Origin: Bigelowiella natans CCMP2755
Taxonomy: Eukaryota; Protista; Cercozoa
Reading direction: 5' to 3'
DNA length: 64,000 nt
NCBI GenBank assembly: GCA_000320545.1
Contig: ADNK01002342.1
Span: forward strand, 1-64,000
In this document: positions 10,257 through 24,700 of the stretch, piece after piece
How the letters are laid out: each line of letters opens with the position of its first letter
Numbering within the stretch: position 1 is the first letter of the stretch
The notes under the pieces: model-generated
Databases searched by the model: none
What the model saw: the letters and a program-made list of their open reading frames with translations, nothing else
Told to the model about the DNA's origin: nothing
Made by a program: the position numbers and the translations under genes

Positions 10257-13200
10257 ATGACAGCCTCCGTCTGTCCATTCAGCTCTCGAAGACCTTCCGC
10301 GGGGTGCGCCTAGTAGCTCAAATTGACTTTTCCTATAATAGTGCTATCTCGTCTATCGAACTTCTCGAAAGATTTTATGGCTTCATCGCAACGCTGGTAA
10401 GTTAATAAAAGCTGATCTTTTCACTTATGAATGTAGATTGGAGACGGAGCAAATCCACCAAAACGCCCAGTGGTCACAGCTCCCCCTGTGGATGTGAAGG
10501 TATCCATCAGAAAGAATCTCAACAAATCGACCCCAAACTAACATAAAGTTTAACTATCTCTTAGGTTTTATTAACCAAGCTGCAATCGCTTCTGAATGCT
10601 GAAGGAGGTGCGAGCGAGGGGAAGGGAAAGGAAGATAAGAAACTTCAGGAAGCCCTATCAGGATTTCTAGCTTTGTCCATATCTCTTAAAAGCACGTCTG
10701 TAAGTTTTGAGGGTTACTTAAGCGAACTAGCGCTTCTTTTAACCACAAGGCTGCCTTTCGCGAAGACGTTGGACGAAGGATCCCTAGCAGAAACCACGAT
10801 GGCCCAAAAGATCCGAGACTGTCTCATAGAATATGCCTTGGGATCTTTGGAACGCCACAGCACCCCAAATCTGCAGGAAAGGAGCATCACTATTTTGAAG
10901 GAGCTGATCGAAAGATCTAGCAAAAGGAAGAGAAGCTCCAACCTAATGTGCCCCAGCATTGACAGCATCACTTGGAAGACGGACAGTGAAATATCTGAGA
11001 CTCTGCGAAAGAGACGACGCCATCGCGCCAGCAATGAGGCGAAGCGCTCTGTTGTTACCTCCAAGAGATACTCAACGAACAAGCGAGTCGGTCACAGCTT
11101 ACACCAGTCTTTCGGGTTTCTTCGCTGCCTCGAGGTCTGCATATCGCGAATCCGGGCGCAGCAAAGCCATTTCCTCAAGCAGATGAGGAGATCATTCTCA
11201 AGCCCTGACAGTGAAGAGAACGACGATGATGGTACTCTCTTGCACTCAGAGACCTACCCCCCCGAGATAATGCAGCAAAGCCAAAGCTTTGATTCTATGA
11301 ATTCTTCAATGTATAGAAGCACGCATCTGCTAGAGCAAGGCCTCAAGAACACGGTCAGCATTCTCTCCTACCTTACACGTCTCAGATCTGAAATGCAGAC
11401 GGTTGTGCTATCCGAAATTGTTCCAACGGCCTGCAACCTCCTCAAGCACACGTTTATACTGCACGGGATGTTGCTGGACTCCTCAACGGCAGAGCCAAGC
11501 CGGTCAGGGGCGCAGTTCTCGTGGAGCGGTCTCTCGCTGCTCTCCACCCGCGTCAAGGAGGTCGTAAAGGAGACGATGAAGCTTATACACTCATGCTGCT
11601 CCCCCGGCGAGGACTACACCACGGGAAGCGAGAACAAGTTCTACGGGAACCACATCTACAACAACGTGCACCAGTTCATCAGCCAGTGCTACCTGGACAG
11701 ATTCCTCAAGGTCAAGACATCGTACTACGCGCAGATGGTGAGAACAGCGTTCTTGAGGGGCGGTGGCCAACAGGGCGCGGAACGCTACCAGCTGCAGAGA
11801 ACCCACTCTCGCGAGGCCTGGAGCACTCTCCCGATTTGTGCTTCGAAGGGATCGTTCCCCTACTCGACAGGAGGGGGGTTGGAGACAGGCAACAGCGCTG
11901 AATCTATGGCGGCGTCTGGTGACACGAAAAGCCTTTCAGATGATCTCTCCACCACGCATCTGGACAAGCGAGCGAAGCAGGAAATCACCGCGGAAATCGG
12001 CCTGCACTTACACCTGCTTCCTTTTTGTCTCGAGTCTCTTACCAACATTCTTGCCAGCGCGCGGCGAGCAAATAGTGCAGGCTCCTCACCGTTGCAGGAC
12101 TCCCGTAATCAGTACGCCCATCATCATCGTCATCATGACCACAAGCCGTCGCTCGGCTGGAAGTTCTTGATCGGAAGTTGCGAGATGGACATATGCGAGG
12201 TGCTACCGCCGCATACGCGTCTGCACCAGTTCCTGACCACCTCGTTCGCGAGGGACCCCGTCGGCTTCAAGAGCGAGCTTCTGAATAAGTTTCTGCTGTT
12301 AATCTGCTTTTTCGTTCTGGTAGACAGCAAGAAATGGCCACTGGAGCACCACCTCCTCAACGCCAGGGCCAGCAATAATCCTAGGGTGGGATCGCGAAGC
12401 TCAAAGCAGCAGCAGCAGCTGAGTGCTGGTACGGCGTCGGAGTTCCCATCAGTCTACTCCGTCGTGGTATCGGGCCTGATGTCTATTATCGACGCCGTCA
12501 AGCCGGACGGCGCGGTGTCGGCGAAGCTCTCCTCCGGCGTGTCCGACGTGATCCAGGGCTTCGTGCGCACCAACTTCACGTTCGGCCACATGGACATCGT
12601 CCTGGCGACCGTCGCGAAGCTGCACCGGTCGGAGCTGCTGGACGCCGTGAGGGTCTGCAACCACCGGCTGCTCATCTCTCTCATGGAGGACCCCACGCTC
12701 AATGCTAAGAACCGGCTGGAGCGCTACGTGGTCTTCAGCCTGCTGACCGACGACGGCCGCTGGCCTGTGAAGCTCGATGCGAACCCCCTTTCCCTCCTCG
12801 CGACGCTCGTGTCGACGCAGACCCCGAAAGGCCCTCAGAGCGCCGCTGTGAGCGAGGCTGCTTCGGACACCAAGCTCAGAGGCGTAGAGGTGTCATCGCA
12901 ATTTTAGGGAGGGGAGGGGAATGGGCGGGGGGGGGGGTAGGGTTTGCGGAGAGTTGTTGCAAGGCAGCTTGTTTACGAACGTTTTCATGCGTTTAAACAC
13001 GTGTCTATGTGTGCGTGTGGGTGTGTGTGTGTGGGTGTGGGAGAAAGAGAGAGAGAGAGGGAGAGAGGAAGAGAGAGAAATTTTGTATTTGTTACTAATA
13101 TCTCCATTTCTCTCCCGATGTCTCCTCCTCCTTTCGCAGGCTATCGCCGCCGCCGAGGGAGCGGCGGCAGAAATGCGGCCATCCCGAGGCCGCCCACCCT

Positions 13201-14713
13201 CTAGGAGGGAACAGATCGTAGGAAGGCTGAAAGGAACGAACAGAAAGCGAACAGTCAGCTCCGAGAACTTTCTGCGCAAATGGGAGGCCAAACATGCGTG
13301 GAGCCGAGATCGCACCATCGAGATGGCCTTCGAGGGCTTCTTGCTCGAGGGAGTGGAGCTGCTGAGGAAAAGCTGCACTTCGAGCGCGAAGAGGAAGAAG
13401 ATAAGCAGTAACGATAGTAAGAAGCAGAAGAAGAAACACCCCAACGATGGACAAGAAGGGAAGGGAGTAGAGGAGAGCGGCGGCCGCGATGGCAGCAGCA
13501 GCAGCGGGAAGAAAATTCATGGGAACTTCTACCACCACGTCGTGTTCATTCTGCAGGCGTATCAGTGCGCCTCTACACGGACGCGTCAGTTGTTCGTCGC
13601 CCGACTCTCAGACCAACTCTTAAAGCAAGCGGGGCTCCTGCTTCGAAAGGAGAAGAGCGGTGATGGCGAGGGAGAGGGGATCGGGAAAGAAGAAGAAGAA
13701 GAAGAAGAAGAAGAAGAAGAGGATGGAAAGGAGAGAGGGGACGACCGCGACAACCGCGATCCTTCCTCATCCTCGTCCTTCCCGCCTTCTCACCACGATG
13801 ACGAGACCGTCTTCCGGTATAAGATACTAGCCATCCTCTCCAGCCTCCTGCACAACTGCTTGGCACACTTCCAATCTCGATCGTGCGACTTTACCGTGCA
13901 GAACTTCGTGGCGTACCAAACAGGGAGGAAGGACACGATCACTGCGTCAGCCAACACCGTTGACAGCAACTCCTCATCCGCGGATGCGATGAAACATGGC
14001 GACGACGACGACGACGACGTGGGTAGGGGCGGAGAGGGGAAGGAGGAGCAGACGGGCGATTCACACTTCTTCCATCTAATGAGGTACCTGACCCGTAACA
14101 CCTCGTTTTTATCCGCCCCGGAGTCGGCTGAACATACGTTCCTCGCGCACTCCTCCTCCTCCTCATCTACCTCCTCGTCATTGTCCCTAGAGGCCGCGTC
14201 CCCCCCCCGACAGATCCTAGAGAGCTGCCTGAGCGCCCACCACGCCTCCATAAACGACACCGAGGTGCACATGCAGCTCTGCAGACTACTCAGGGAGCTT
14301 TCGATCGTCCACGCGAAGGAGTGCGAGGGGGAGGAGAGAGCGAGCCAGGGCGCGCAGCGCCGGACGGGGACAGAGGGGAGGCGGCGATTTGCAATCCTCA
14401 GGCTCCAGTCCTCGTGCTTCAATGTGCTCTCAACCCTCCTGTGCCACTTGCACACGAAGGAGGCGGACCGCATCGACAGCCCCGAGCACCAGGGCCACGA
14501 CGACTGGAAGCAGGTGCTGGGCTTCGACGAAAGCGCGCTTCTCGCGAGCGGAAAGCTGGACCTGTCGACCTGCATGTGCGTGCACTACGTCCGCACGATC
14601 GTCCTCGCCATGAGCGCGGGCAAGCACTCGCACCTGAAGGCGCTGTCCTCCCTCCCAGACCCCCTCGTGAACTTTCTCGACTTCCTCCACAACGTGGCTG
14701 CGCATGTCAAGCG

Positions 14714-14749
<36 letters not shown>

Positions 14750-15434
14750 CACGGACCGCGGGAAGAGCGCGTCCTGCATGTGGTGGATCGACTACGTGGT
14801 CAACGTCGTCGTGCACCTAGTTTCGCACCAGTTCCGCCGCGCTGTGGACACACAGAGCATTCGAGCAAGCCTCCTGCGAGGGGAGGAGAAGGACAGGCAG
14901 CACCATAGGGACGATGAGGAGCCATTAGAAAACGACGACGACGGGGAGGAGGAAGAAGACAGCAGTTGTGGCAATGGGGCGATGCGGGCGAAGGGTTCTG
15001 GAACAGCAGTCGCTGCTGTCGCTGCGACGGATATACGAAGGAGCCAGAGAAGGAAGGGGAGGACGAGAAGTAGCAGCGGCGGCGGAAGCAGCAGCCGGTT
15101 GCTCGTGACCTCAACCGTCTTCAAACCTGGCTTCGGGAGCGGCCTGCGAGCCAGGAAAAACAAGAACTACAAGACCGCCAATAGAAAACAGCGAGGGGGG
15201 GGGGGAGGGGGCGGGGTTCAACATCACCCGGAGAGTCCGGCCCTCCTGTGCGCAGCCATTCTCAGCACCCTAGAGACGATGGAGGCGTATGTTTCCAGCG
15301 TGAGCAAGCGTTCCTTGCAGAGTGTTATCATCGAAAACCACAGAATCAGGCAAAAGGCACCGCCTGGGGCTTGGCTATTGCTCGGTAGATCCAGCCCCCC
15401 CTCGGACGAGAAGGAAGTCAAAGGAGAGAGTACC

Positions 15435-15466
<32 letters not shown>

Positions 15467-15982
15467 CACAGGCCAGGACGGTGGAAGCAGCAGCAACAGT
15501 AGTAACACCAACAGCAGCAGCAGTAGCGGCGGCGGCAGCAGTAGCGGCAGCAGCCGCCTCGACATTATTGTCTCGAATCTATTGTATCACTGCACAGCGT
15601 TCGGTCTATTCTCAGAAGGCCAAACAGTAGGCTCCCTCCCCGTCTTCTCGCGGACGGTGGAAGAGATCAACCCTCTAGGCTCCTTCCGCAGCCTGCTGGA
15701 CTCGGTAGTAGTTACAGTAGTAGTATTATTACTATTATTATTATTATTATTAGTAGTAGTAGTAGTAGTGGGGAGGGGATAGAATGGATGGGCGTGGTGT
15801 ATTTGCTTGCGGCTTCACTGTATGACCCCCCCCCCCCCCCCCTTATATATGTTAGGTTGAAAACTCTCATGAGTTGAGCAGGGTTGGTGGACATTCGTGG
15901 GTCTCTACCGCCCTTGTATCGGCGCAGAGCGTGCTGTTCTCGCTTACTATCGCGCTGTCGCAGCTATTCAGCGTAACAGGTG

Positions 15983-16023
<41 letters not shown>

Positions 16024-16083
16024 CCCACTCTCTCCCCTGCCCTCTATCCCTCCCACGCCTCGCTCACATGCATATGATACACA

Positions 16084-16159
<76 letters not shown>

Positions 16160-16161
16160 TA

Positions 16162-16199
<38 letters not shown>

Positions 16200-18272
16200 A
16201 ATCAAGCCTCTGGACCTACAGACTCTAAAGAATCGGCTAAGGCACGGAGTGAACCCGCTGCTCAACAACCGAATCTTCAGCTTCCTGCCTAAGAAGCTGC
16301 TCTACTCCCTCTTCGCCATCGCGCTCGACGTCCCCGTCAACCAGCAGCAGCCGAGTGGACCGGTGGTGGAGATGCTGAAGAGAGCGAAGAAGGGGAGGGG
16401 GAACAAGAAGAAGAAGAGGAGGAAGAGAAAGAAGTCTAAGAGCTTTGATGCCAGCCATGGACTCATTCCGCCGTCGTTGTCGTCATCTTTGCTCCAACGC
16501 CCTCCTTCCGCCTCCCCTCCCTCTGCAACTTCGTTCGACCTCAAAGAGCTCACCTCGCACATCCGCAAGGGGGAGGCACTCCTGGGCTGCCTCGACCTCG
16601 TCGTGAGCTTCCACGTCAAGCGGAAGCAGCAGCAGCAACAACAACTCCTTCGCCAGCAACACCAACCCCCTCCTCCCCCGACCACGACGAGCACGACGCT
16701 GAGCTTCATCCAAGGGGTAAGGGCGCACGTTCTGAAGGAGCTGAAGCAGTATCATGAAAGCCACGTGGGCCAGCAGCTCATCCTTCTCGGCCTGGAGCCT
16801 CTCGCCGGATGGACAGTCCAATCGAAGTCGCAGCGCGTCTCCGAATACATCAAGGAGTCTCCGGCCTTCCGCTTCCAGAAGCTGTTCCGCGACCTCGTCT
16901 CCATCCTCGTGAGCGTGGAGGGGAGGGACGCTGTTCGGACGACGACGAGGGACGTCTTCGAGTACCTCCAGATGATCGTCTTCCTCAGCAGCACCACCAC
17001 CCCCGAAGACGGCCGCAGCGGCTCCGATATCAAGAGCAACGTTAATAATCAGAGCCGCAATGATAGAAATGGCGAGGAGGACGATGTGGTCATCGGAGCC
17101 GGCAGCCTCGAGCTGCTCGCCTCGGGCAAGATCGTAAGGAAAACCAACTCTGCTCCGCATAGTAGCAGGAGCGACAGGACGTCGCCATCTTTGGGGAGCG
17201 GAGGAGGAGGAGGAGGAAGAGGCCTGGCCCCGATGCAGGTAGAGGATGAGCAGCCTTCAGGAAGGGCCGAGGAGGACAACGAGGAGGGGGAGGAGGAAGA
17301 AGTAGAGGACGAGGAGGAGGAGGACGAGGAGGATGAGGATGAGAAGCAAGCCCTAATCCCCCGCCTGCCGCCTCGCCAGATGCTAGGCTTCAAGATTTGC
17401 GACGCATTCGTGTCCGTCCCTGGGGCAGTGAGCAAGATCGTCGAGAATGTGTTCTTATCCCAAATGTACCCGGAGTCTGGCCACGCACTTGCGTCGGACC
17501 TCTTCACGGAGATCGCGATGATCTACGGCACGCCGCCGGTGCTTCTGGCCCGCTTCCCCGTTCTTCTGCGCTTTCGGGAAACGCTCTTCAGCGTGCTGAG
17601 CAGCAACATCCGGGCCATTGTCCTCGAGAGCCATCGGGTGGACCTCCTACTCTTCAACTCGTTCTTCTCCCTGCTGCTACTGCTCGGTGCTAAGCTGGGC
17701 AAGCTGCCCGATGTTGTGAGGGAGATTGTGGAGATCATCAGCAAGCACTACGGCCGAACGAACTACGAGCGCGTCCTCTGTTTCTGCCTCCACACCCTGG
17801 CGCAGATCGTGCATTTTGTGAGGGAAGAGCGTCAGATGATGATGATGGCAATGGCCTCTTCGTCTCCCCCCTCGTCCTCCACGGCGAGCGCCCTTCTGCT
17901 GCTTGCCACGGAGCAAGGGGGGGACAAGAAGGCCTCGTCGTCGCCTCTATCTCCGAGGACGAATAACGCATCATCATCATCTTCTTCTTCTTCTTCCTCG
18001 GCTGAGCCTGCTGCGGAACTAACGACAGCCATATCTTCGGAAGTCCTCGGCGCCTTGCAGGAGGCGGTGTCGAGTATCGTGTCCTTCTCCACCTCCCGAC
18101 TACGCGATCTCCAGCGTAAAGTTCTCCGCTCCATGAGAGGTAAAATTAGCGTGCGCGGTGAGATTGTCGTCACTGATGCCCGTCGCTTGGTGTAATAATG
18201 TAGCAGAAGAGAATATAAAGCGGAGGGGGATTTAAAGTAGTGAGGATGAGGAGGAGGAGGAGGAGAGTATTG

Positions 18273-18315
<43 letters not shown>

Positions 18316-21300
18316 AGAGGGGTTTGGGAAAACAAAAACCATGTGCTACTTCATCATCATCATCGTCGTCGTTGTCCTCCTCGTTGCCATCGTCATCATC
18401 ACGTACTTTACAAGTGCATGTTATCCCTGGCATGTGAACCAAGACAACGACTAATCGGAATCTGAATTCAACCAACAGGTTACTCTAGCAGCAGCAGCGG
18501 CGGCGGCGCGGCCACCACCAGTAGCACCGGTAGCAGCCTACGCGGTATGGGTGCGGCAGATAGAAGGATCCCAAACGTGATGCATCGACTGTGCGTGGAG
18601 ATACGATCGTCCTTCAAGCCCAATTCGTTTGACCTCAGCGGCAGCAGTAGCTCCGCTAGCAGCCACCTAGGGCGCTTCAGCGCGTACGCGAGAAGCCGTC
18701 TCAGTAGCTCGCAGGACACACCAAGGACGAAGAATAAGTCAAGCACGACGCACCAGCTCGCCTTCATTGCCCCGCACATCATCGCTACAGCCAGCGATCA
18801 CAGCATCCGGACTTTTGACTGTCGTATCCTGGACACGACGCGCTCCGCCGCCTCCTCCTCCACCACCAAAACCAGCACCACCGCCATCACCAAGACAGCG
18901 GTGGCTGCTGCTCCTAAAGACTCGAAGGGAGTGCGCCAGCTTTCTGCCAGTGCCCACTCCCGTCTCCTGAGCAAGTCATCCATCCCGTTCGTCGTTACCG
19001 GCATCGTGGCCAACTCTCAGGCCCCATACCTCGCGGTGTACGGGGAGCAGCACTGCCACGTGCTGCTCTATGACCCCAGGAAGGGATCCCGCGTCGATAG
19101 GATCGTTCTTGAGCTTGGCCTGGAGGAGTCGCAGCAGCAACAACAGTCGTCGCAGCAGACGCATCATCAGCGCCATTACCAGCAGCTTCAGACGAAGTCG
19201 GTGATAGTGGACGTGTCCTGGCTGCCCTACTCCGACAGCCGCCTCGCCATCTGCACCAACAAGTTCGTACGAATCTTCGATCTCGCGACAGACGTGTGGA
19301 GCCCCGCAATCGGGATAACGTCCCACGAGATCTTAGCTCAGAGCCGAAGAAGGAAGATGGAAGAGGCCGAGGCCAAGGCGGCGACAGCCTCCGCGGTCGG
19401 TGCTGGGGGAAAGGAAGATTCTCTCCACGAGACCAAGTTTCGGGAGCAGGACATCTCGGAGATCGCCTACGCCTACAACCACAGCGACCAGATGTATTCG
19501 GCGTTCGTGCTACTGACAGACGGGGTGATATACTCGGTGCGAGTGTCGCTTTCCGAACAGGCCAAGATGGACATCAGCGCCTGCGCCGAGCTGCTGATGA
19601 AACCTGCCGTCCTACAGAAGGCCTCCGTGTCGTCGATCTACTTCTCCGAGACGCTGCAGCGGCTGTTCGTTTCCTACAACGGAACGTCAGCAATGTCGGC
19701 TGGCAGCAGCGCTGGTGGTGTAGGGGTCGGAAGTGGAGCCGCCTCCGGGACGACGAGCATGCTTGGTTCATATGCAATGAGGCTCGACGGGGCGCACTTG
19801 CAGTGCGTGGAGTCGTTGAGGCTCAAGGTGGCGGCAGGTTACCATCTCACTTCGTGGACGGATGTCAGCGGGGAGCACGACCTGATCGCATGCGTCGCTT
19901 ACCGACGCAGCAGCATCGTCGCCTCGCACCTCGACGATGTTCCGCAGATTGCCGTCTTCCAACTCTCACCATTCTCGACGGCGGCGGCAGCAGCAGGAGC
20001 TACAGCCGCCAAAATGCGCGTGTACGACCTGCCCACTCACAATCGCATCCGCGGCCTGGTGGACGCGACATGTGTCTCCCTCATCTCTACCACCACCACC
20101 ACCACTCCCCCCCCCTCCTCCTCCTCCTCCTCGCAGCAGCAGCAGCACCGGCAGCGGCAGCCAAACAGACCGACTTTCTCAGATCTGCACAGGGCTGGCT
20201 CGCATGAGTTGTGCGAACTAGGCAGAAGCGGTGAGGGAAGAGTGGGGCCAAAGCGAGTGCTGCTGCCGATCTCTACGATCCAAACGCAGCTTGAGCCTTC
20301 CCTCGCCGTGCTGCAATCCAACGGCTCCCTCCACCACCTGGTTATCGGGGGGAAAGGCACCGCCAAGCTCGCCCCTCCCTCATCAAGGGCGAACGCATCG
20401 AATGCGGGCAGTGTGGTCAAACGCGAAGGCGAAAGAGGAGAAGAAGGAATAAGGTTGATCAAGATGAGGCTTAGCAACAGCTCTGCGGCTGCAGCATCCA
20501 CTGTTCCTCTATATCAGGCCGCCATTGACACCGCTGCACGCTCCTCAACTACACTTGGTGGCAACAATGGTGATGCCTCCCCTCCCCCGCTGCCTTCCCA
20601 TTATCCCGACTTTTTTGCTAAGCTGAGGAAGGAGCTAATGGCCGCCGCTGCTGCCACCGCTAGGAGAACAATGGCGGCGAGACGGATGCAGAAGCTTAGC
20701 AAGAGGACGAATAGCGACCACTACTTTCTGTCTTCGTCGTCCTCCTTATCTCCTTATTCCTCTGCCGCTTCTGCGCTGTTTTTCAGCTCCCTCGACGGAG
20801 CTACACGTGCGGGCTACGAAGTCAAGTACCCTGCCGCTGCTAGTGACGTTGACGAGGACGTGTCGTCGATGATGGTGAAGATCGCCGACAAGCAAGGGGA
20901 GGTGCTCCGAACCCACAGAGACATCGAAGTCGTCCATGTGCACGTCAAGCCTGCAAAGAGAAGAAAGAAGAAGGCGGCAAAGAGGAAGAGCGAGAAAGCC
21001 AAGAAGAAGAAGAAGAGGAGGAGGACCAAGAGGGCCTCGATGTCGGCATTGGTGACGCCGAGTGAGGCGGGGGCGAATCAAGGCGAAGATGATGATGAAG
21101 AGGAGGACAGTTACGAGCAGGATGAGAAGCAGCAAGCTGAGCCCGTCTTCGTCGTACGAGTGCGTATAAAGACCGGCCGATACAGCCGGGGTAGCATTGT
21201 CATCTCAGCTCCTCCGAAGGGCGTTGCTAGTGGTCAAGTTGGCGATGACGATGAGGATGACGATGACAACTACGACGACGACAAAGACGATGATAAGATG

Positions 21301-21740
21301 AATGTGGAGCGGGTTCGGAGCGAGGTCTCGTCGGCCACCTCCTCCCCCGTCCCTGGTCATCTGAGTGTCGGAGGTCCGATCGCCCCCGGCGTCTGGCACA
21401 GTTTCACACTCTCTGAAGAGCTCAGCCGGCGCTTGAGCTCCCCCGGTGCTCGCAAAGGGGGGAATGTCTTCACCCTTACGCTGCAGAGGAGTAGCTCTTC
21501 AGGACCGGGAGCTGCTCCATCGTCGTCACATGCGATGGTTATTGAAGCGCTTGAGGTGTACACGAAGCCACAGAAAGAGTTCTTGAAGAGCGTTGAGGGA
21601 GGCGGTGAGAAGGAAGGAACAATGGCTGCTCAGGAAGAAGAAGAGGAGGAGGAAGCGGAGGAGGAGGAGGAACCGCTTGCGACGAAGAAGAGCAAGAAAA
21701 GGAGAAAACGGAAGAAGAAGAAAAGACGGGCAGAAAAGCA

Positions 21741-21777
<37 letters not shown>

Positions 21778-24700
21778 CAGATGAGGGACTTGATCATCCC
21801 CCCATTCCTCCAGCCGGAATTCTTCCCATCATCATCTTCCTCCTCCTCATCCACCTCGTCCCGCAGGGCGAAGATGGAAAACATACTATCATGCACTTTC
21901 TCGCTGATTCACGCGGTCTGGCCCGTGATATCAGGAGAAGGCAGGCACGCTACTCCCAACTCCCCCCCCCCCCTCCACGCAGGCGAGTTCAGGGAGCAAC
22001 TGACGGAGGCGATATGTCCCCTGCTAGTCCCTGTCCCTTGGGATCCCGACCCATCAGGCGTACTGGCAGGAGACGACGAGCGAGAAGCCGAGAGGATGAA
22101 GAAGAATATCAGCAAAGGCGGCGGTAACAGCGACAGCAAGCAAGCAGGATACGCTGGCACCTCCACAACAGCTGGTGGTGCTGCTGCAATTGGTGGCGGC
22201 GGAGGGGGAGGAGAGAGTGGGCTTTACCGCGAACTCTATTCCGAGCCTTTTCGCACAGCCATGTACGGAGCAATAGCCTCTTACCAAATGGAGAGCAGCC
22301 CTCATGAGTCACCTCCTCCCTTCCCTTACTCTCGCCGATCAGCCTCCCGTTCCCATTCCCGCTCTTCATCGCACTCCTCCCTCAGCGCACATTCGCGCTC
22401 ACCATCAAACTCGCCCTCAAGGCAGCAGCGCCAGCAGCAGCAACAACAACAACAACAACAGCACGGGGCTGCAATTGCGACCTTGGGCATTGCACCAGCA
22501 TTTCTTAGAAGGGAAAATGTCGGCAGCACCGAGAAGAAAAGTAGTAGCTCAATGCTCCATCGGCGGAGGTCATCATCATTATCCTCTTCGCTGTCGACCT
22601 GCCCGCCTTCGTCACTGTCACCACAGGCTGTCATGATAGAGGACAATGGGGGCCATAATCGTGCTTCCATTCTCTCAGGCGCGTTGCAGATGGCGGCACG
22701 GAAGGTGCTGGCATCGATGTATTCCCCCTCCTCTCCCCCCTCCGTTTCCTCCAAGAAGGACGGTGGCTTCAGGAAGAACGACGGCGCCTCCTCCGCCACC
22801 ATCTCCTTCGTGTTCGATCGCTACATCCTGAGCAGTTTCAGGCGCATGCTCAGCGCAACCAGAGAGTTGGAGCTTATGAAGAAGGGGGCGACTACTGCGA
22901 CAGCAGCACATCCCTGGCTATCCTCCTTTACCTCGTCCTCGTCCTCATCCTCCTCCTCCCCACCGGTTTCCATGTCCATGCATGAATTCACAGTCCCGAG
23001 GATGATATCCAGCGTCGAGATCCTCGCGCACATTATCCGCGAGCGGCCGCGCCACTTCGCGCGCTACGTGAAGGCGAATCCGGGATTCATCGGCTCTTTC
23101 CTCGATAGCTTCGGGCCGATCATGCTGCAGAAGAACATCACCCTAGCTCACAGATACTCGAAGGCCATCACTCTGGGGTACTCTGCTTGTTTCGTCGCTG
23201 CGGTGGATCTATGGCAAAGAGAAGCGGCAGCAGCAGCAGCAGCAACAACAACAACAACAACAACAACAACAAACGCATCCCAGAGTCTCAATGCGAGTGG
23301 GGACGCCAAAGCCCGCATCCCCCCCCCCCCCTCACTGCATGAGGTGGAGACCCTGTTGCGGCGGGTGACGCAGCTGGCCTACTTGTGCCTCTGTACTCGG
23401 GGCATCAGCGAAACCGTCAAGACCTCCCTCGTCGTCTCCTTACTTCAGCTGCTGCGGTCAAGCCACATCGAGAGCAGGACGAATGCACTGAGGAGCGGGC
23501 GGCGCCGTGGTTCCCTCCAGGAGGCGATCAACAAACTCAAGGCTCTCACCAGTGGGAAAAAAGGTGAGGGCGACGAGAATCTCTCATCTTCCTCCACCTC
23601 CTCCTCCTCCTCCTTCTCCGCTTCGATTTCTGGCGGTCGGCCCAGCGGTTCCAAGGCGAGGAAGAGAGCGCAGCAACTAGAAACCGTATTCGAGTCAAAG
23701 AAGAACGGGCCCCGCTCTCTTGGTCAGCAGCAGCACCGCCTCGCGCCACCGCCGCTGTTGACGGCCGTTCCTGGGGCAGCAGCAGCAAAGATGGTCGCCA
23801 CTGGTACTGCTCCTCTCCTCCTCTCCTCCTCCTCTTCAGCTAGCGCAGCCGCCACCACCAAGGTGCACTACCGGTGCGATGAGTGTGGAAAGAGGATCAC
23901 CGGGTGGCGGTGGCGGTGCTGCGAGGCGGACATCTGCGAGGACTTCGATCTGTGCCAGGAGTGCTACCCTCGCTCCTTAACGCTCAGCTTCGAGTCTTCC
24001 AACCACAACGCGGACCACATCATGCAGCGGATTCAGATCGCGCCGTCGTCGCCTCCGCCGGCCTCCCAGCAGCAGCGGAATTCCGAACCATTTGTTGTCC
24101 CGTCAGCGGCGGCAGCCTCTTCCTCCAGAGGGGGGGGGAGAGGAAAAGGAAAGGTAGAAAGATGGAGGCAAGTCAGATGTGAGGCGAGGAAGATGGAGGC
24201 AAGGAAGGAGGAAATACAAGACGACGAATTTGACTGCGATGTCGACGACGACGACGAAGATGAAGCAAGAGAAAGAACGGGCCTTGCTTCCTCCATCTCC
24301 GCCGCCGTAGCTGCCGCTGCAGCAACAGCAGCCAGTGCCAATACCAATGCTTCCTCCGCCGGACAGAGGGGCAGTGGGCGAAATCTTGAGCGTCGCCATC
24401 GCCCTCGGCAGTCGGGCCTTACCTTAGACGACACGCGAGGCAGAAGCAGCAGCAGGAGGATTGGAAGCATTGGCCATCCATTGACTTCCTTGTCAACCTC
24501 CGTCACGAAGACCGATAGTCTGGGCGCAGCTTCTACTGGGGCGGGGGCGTCTTCCCCAAAGACTGGCGACTCCACCGCGGGTAGTGGGGCGATAATGAGC
24601 GAGAAAGAAATGATGATTATGCAGCTCTGCCAGCAGATCCTCGTGCCTCCTGGTGTCGTCGACGAGAAGGCACAGCTGAAGATGGCGCAAGCGATTAGCC

